In this document: piece by piece, positions 61,101 through 64,000 of the stretch
How the letters are laid out: each line of letters begins with the position of its first letter
Numbering within the stretch: position 1 is the stretch's first letter
Source of the DNA: a virus
Virus record (IMG/VR): IMGVR_UViG_3300032820_000003
Span: 1 to 64,000 of that record
Direction: 5' to 3' (one strand)
Length of the DNA stretch: 64,000 nucleotides
The notes under the pieces: generated by a model
The model's input: only the letters and a program-made list of their open reading frames with translations
What the model was told of the DNA's origin: nothing
Databases searched by the model: none
Program-made: the position numbers and the translations under genes

Positions 61101-61958
61101 TTACCAAAATGTTCTTGTATTTATTATTTGTTGTAACTGTTCTTTATTTCTAATGTCCTGCACATCTTTATATTCAGTTGGCAACTGTGTATATGATATC
61201 ACAAAGCGTTTAGAGATGCAAGTACTAATTTTCTCACTTCCCATACGTCCTGCTTCATCATTATCTAAACATAATACTAATTCATTTGTGGGTAGTTTCA
61301 CTAAAAGTTCCTCTTGGATTTTAGACATATGTGCGCCTAATAAAGCTACAGAATTAAATCCATTTTGATTTAACCACATAGTATCCAGAGTACCTTCAGT
61401 AATACAGACAAAATCACATTTAGATATTTTATGACTGCCAAATAAAACTTTAGATTTCTTTAGACCTTTAGAATATAAATATTTAGGTTCTTGTTTATGC
61501 TGTCGGGTTACCCATCCGACCTCTCTACTATTATTATCATGAATGGGAATGACTAGATTTCTATATGTATCTATTCCACACTCCCATTCTAATAATGTTT
61601 GCTTATCAAAGCCTCGTTCAAAAATCCAATCGGGGACATATCCTTTCTGATAAGGTATTTCAATCTCATCTAACTCCTGATCCTCAACGTCAAAACCATC
61701 AAATGAACAAAGTTCTATCTGTATACCATTTTTAAGTAGGTACTGTTCTACTTCGTCAGAATTAAAGTTTAAGTACTGTCCTATAAAAGACTTCAAACTC
61801 CCTTGCCCACATCCTCTAAAACAAATCCACATTCCTTTTTCAATATTAATTGAACATGAAGGTCGTGAATCATTATGGAAAGGGCAAGGAATCTGAAACT
61901 CATCTCTATCAGATGGTGTATCTATTCCCATATCTAATAGAATACTTCCCCAATCCAT
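61101..61958 (-). CDS. DNA primase (CHC2 Zn finger + TOPRIM)
   Basis: CPFH.D..PS, CF.GC, KYL, EG..D, LDNDEAG, KD. Confidence 0.92.
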   Translation of the reverse strand: MDWGSILLDMGIDTPSDRDEFQIPCPFHNDSRPSCSINIEKGMWICFRGCGQGSLKSFIGQYLNFNSDEVEQYLLKNGIQIELCSFDGFDVEDQELDEIEIPYQKGYVPDWIFERGFDKQTLLEWECGIDTYRNLVIPIHDNNSREVGWVTRQHKQEPKYLYSKGLKKSKVLFGSHKISKCDFVCITEGTLDTMWLNQNGFNSVALLGAHMSKIQEELLVKLPTNELVLCLDNDEAGRMGSEKISTCISKRFVISYTQLPTEYKDVQDIRNKEQLQQIINTRTFW

Positions 61959-62170
61959 TATTTCTTGCCTTTTCGTAAGAATAAAACCACATCGCTAGTA
62001 TATCCAGTAGTATCAGTTACTTTGCCACTACGAATATTTCCCACGGTAAGTGCTACCTGTTCTGCTGTGGGGCCTTTACTTTTTACAGTTCTCACTATAA
62101 TCCCATCTTCATTGTGATCATGTTTATGCTCTTCTTTATGAGAACCTAAAAACCAATTAATTAAACTCAT
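61958..62170 (-). CDS. Hypothetical protein
   Basis: 70 aa, AAGGAGG RBS. Confidence 0.6.
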   Translation of the reverse strand: MSLINWFLGSHKEEHKHDHNEDGIIVRTVKSKGPTAEQVALTVGNIRSGKVTDTTGYTSDVVLFLRKGKK

Positions 62171-62181
62171 GCTATCCTCCT

Positions 62182-63426
62182 TTAATATAATCCACCGAAT
62201 GTGGTTTCATGAACTTCTCCGCTATCGACATTCCATTGCATGGCAGTTGTCTCTATTGGAAGAATTCCATCTCTGTACTTTTGAAATTGTACTAATCGTT
62301 TATTATCTTCATCTTCTACTAATGACATAGCCATAGCTACGTCTGAAGCCCTAATTAAAGCGTCCCCAAAGGCTACTTGATCAGGACGAGGTGGAGAATA
62401 CATATGTGCCGCATCTCTATTCGCCTGAGTAGAAACAAATATTGGGGTGTTTGTTGTTTGGGCTAAGTTCTTCATCCCATAAAAAACAGAATGTGACTGT
62501 TCCCACATAGCCTTCCTATTACCTACTCCTGTATTAATAAGATATATACCATCAATAACGACTAATTCGGGCTTATGTTTCCTAATTAATCCTGCAATAT
62601 TCTCTACAGATATACTTGTTGCCCCTTCTATATGGTCACAAATCAATAATTGTTGATCATGAATAGCATCAAGGAATCGTTGGTACTCTCCCTCATCTAT
62701 CTGATCTCCTGATCTTATAGCTTTATGCGATAAATTAAATCCCATCATATTAGCAAGCACCACATCAGTCCGTAAACTGATTTGATTAGTTGGCATCTCA
62801 GTAGAAATTAACAAGGTTCTAAAACCTTTTGCAACTGCTGTAGCTGCGGCATGAACACACATCCATGTTTTTCCTACTGTAGGTCTAGCGTATACCGAGA
62901 TTAGTTCTCCCGGAAGCCATCCAATACCTGTAGAGTTGACACTAGGGAAACTTGTAGGTACTCCCATAATACCATCGCCTAATTTACGGCGTTCCTTTCG
63001 GGATCGCCACTCATCTAATCTCGATCCTGATGATTTTGTATAACTTTGTATATCATCATCATGCAAGACCTCTAAATCCTGTAGACCCGCCATAATCTTA
63101 GTCATTGCATTCTTAGGTTCGGTATGAATTAAATCCCTATTAGAGTTAATTAATCCAACCATTTTCCTATACAAAACTTGATTACCAAATATCTTAGTAG
63201 CATATTCCCATTTTAAGGATTGTGCTGACGGATCAAGGCTAGGAAAATTCTCCACTAATGTAGCTTCACTAGGGAACTCCCCATAATCATCAAAATATTT
63301 TATTACAAATCTATAAGCATCACCATGAACAGAAAAATCCACAGAATGCTTATTAAATGTTCTAAGATTATTTTTAGTATCTAACCCAAAAATAATACCA
63401 GACTCAATATAATCAAAACTCTCCAT
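62182..63426 (-). CDS. dnaB: DnaB-like replicative helicase
   Basis: ARPTVGKT, STEM, IDGIYL, QANR, KYRDG. Confidence 0.92.
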   Translation of the reverse strand: MESFDYIESGIIFGLDTKNNLRTFNKHSVDFSVHGDAYRFVIKYFDDYGEFPSEATLVENFPSLDPSAQSLKWEYATKIFGNQVLYRKMVGLINSNRDLIHTEPKNAMTKIMAGLQDLEVLHDDDIQSYTKSSGSRLDEWRSRKERRKLGDGIMGVPTSFPSVNSTGIGWLPGELISVYARPTVGKTWMCVHAAATAVAKGFRTLLISTEMPTNQISLRTDVVLANMMGFNLSHKAIRSGDQIDEGEYQRFLDAIHDQQLLICDHIEGATSISVENIAGLIRKHKPELVVIDGIYLINTGVGNRKAMWEQSHSVFYGMKNLAQTTNTPIFVSTQANRDAAHMYSPPRPDQVAFGDALIRASDVAMAMSLVEDEDNKRLVQFQKYRDGILPIETTAMQWNVDSGEVHETTFGGLY

Positions 63427-63428
63427 TC

Positions 63429-63659
63429 TTATCTCTCCTCTCGATATACAGTTCGATTAGCATCAGTATAAACTGATAATATTATCTTTCGATCTGTAAT
63501 CTTATTTAACTTTTCTTTCACTTCACTTACTGTATTAAACGTTCCATAACGAATAACTTCTTCAGTTTCATGTTTTACACCGACAATTGTATAGGTTGTC
63601 GAATCATCTGTCAAGCGAGTTTTAAATAATCCAAAATCTTGCTTTTTACTTCCCAGCAT
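63429..63659 (-). CDS. Hypothetical protein
   Basis: 76 aa in operon. Confidence 0.6.
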   Translation of the reverse strand: MLGSKKQDFGLFKTRLTDDSTTYTIVGVKHETEEVIRYGTFNTVSEVKEKLNKITDRKIILSVYTDANRTVYREER

Positions 63660-64000
63660 CTAGTAAATACTCCAACCTAATTTTTAAACTATCTTTAATT
63701 TTATAAGCAGAACTCTTTAAATCCTCTGTAATTTCTTCCATTGTTAACCCCTCAATACGTAATAAGATATATTTACGCTCCTCTTCAGTTAAATCTAAAG
63801 AATCTAATAATTCTCTTAGTTCTAAATCATTGTCTACATCTATTCCTACAGCCAAAGAATCAGCTAACTGATCTAATAAAGGCTGCTCATCATCATAATA
63901 TACAGCGTCTAAGCTTATAGGCTGTTGATGACGCTGTGCTTTAGAGATTAAAGTTCGTAATGTATTAACCATTGAGGTATGGAGGTATGTATGAAATATA
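63646..64000 (-). CDS. RNA polymerase sigma factor (5' end beyond the right edge)
   Basis: Frame open to the edge: ..FHTYLHTSMVN (region 2-like), ISLD, LT.EE...LR.EG.T..EI (region 4 HTH). Confidence 0.75.
   Translation of the reverse strand, partial: IFHTYLHTSMVNTLRTLISKAQRHQQPISLDAVYYDDEQPLLDQLADSLAVGIDVDNDLELRELLDSLDLTEEERKYILLRIEGLTMEEITEDLKSSAYKIKDSLKIRLEYLLDAGK

Noticed and set aside
35288-61368. Plus-strand ORFs within the structural and replication modules (e.g. 38486, 48509, 54349, 57519)
   Set aside because: Antisense shadows of well-supported minus-strand genes.
1-64000. Genome-wide stop-codon reassignment
   Set aside because: Core genes are full length in code 11, and TAA, TAG and TGA all end genes; only the redoxin needs TGA read-through.

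Overview
This window is a 64-kb, AT-rich segment of a large tailed dsDNA bacteriophage (Caudoviricetes). It uses the standard genetic code, and most genes are on the minus strand. Reading right to left in the direction of transcription there are five parts. (1) A replication/recombination module: sigma factor (partial), DnaB, primase, SSB, family-A DNA polymerase, Nmad1/MazG-like proteins, RecA, Cas4-like exonuclease, RuvC. (2) Terminase small and large subunits, a class II ribonucleotide reductase and an NrdH-like redoxin. (3) A head module: portal, putative internal virion proteins, scaffold, major capsid protein, prohead protease. (4) A ~19-kb early region (13.0-32.1 kb) of small genes driven by many near-consensus sigma70-type promoters, containing a tRNA-Tyr. 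(5) More virion genes, ending in a tail fibre that runs off the left edge. The most notable observations are as follows. The redoxin has an in-frame TGA exactly at the first Cys of its CxxC motif (UGPC), followed by a bacterial SECIS-like hairpin, so it is a probable phage-encoded selenoprotein beside the RNR. A + strand array of short gene cassettes (13.4-17.8 kb) is separated by a repeated composite element: terminator, TTATCA..TGATAA palindrome, phased TTCC repeats, GACATGATA box, promoter. A ~170-nt RNA next to tRNA-Tyr has a tRNA/tmRNA-like domain. A strongly strand-biased TAGTAG/CTAG motif is written over two coding genes. The prohead protease carries a HiPIP-like 4-Cys domain, and a metallothionein-like gene lies nearby. 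All family assignments come from motif recognition by eye; no database search was run.
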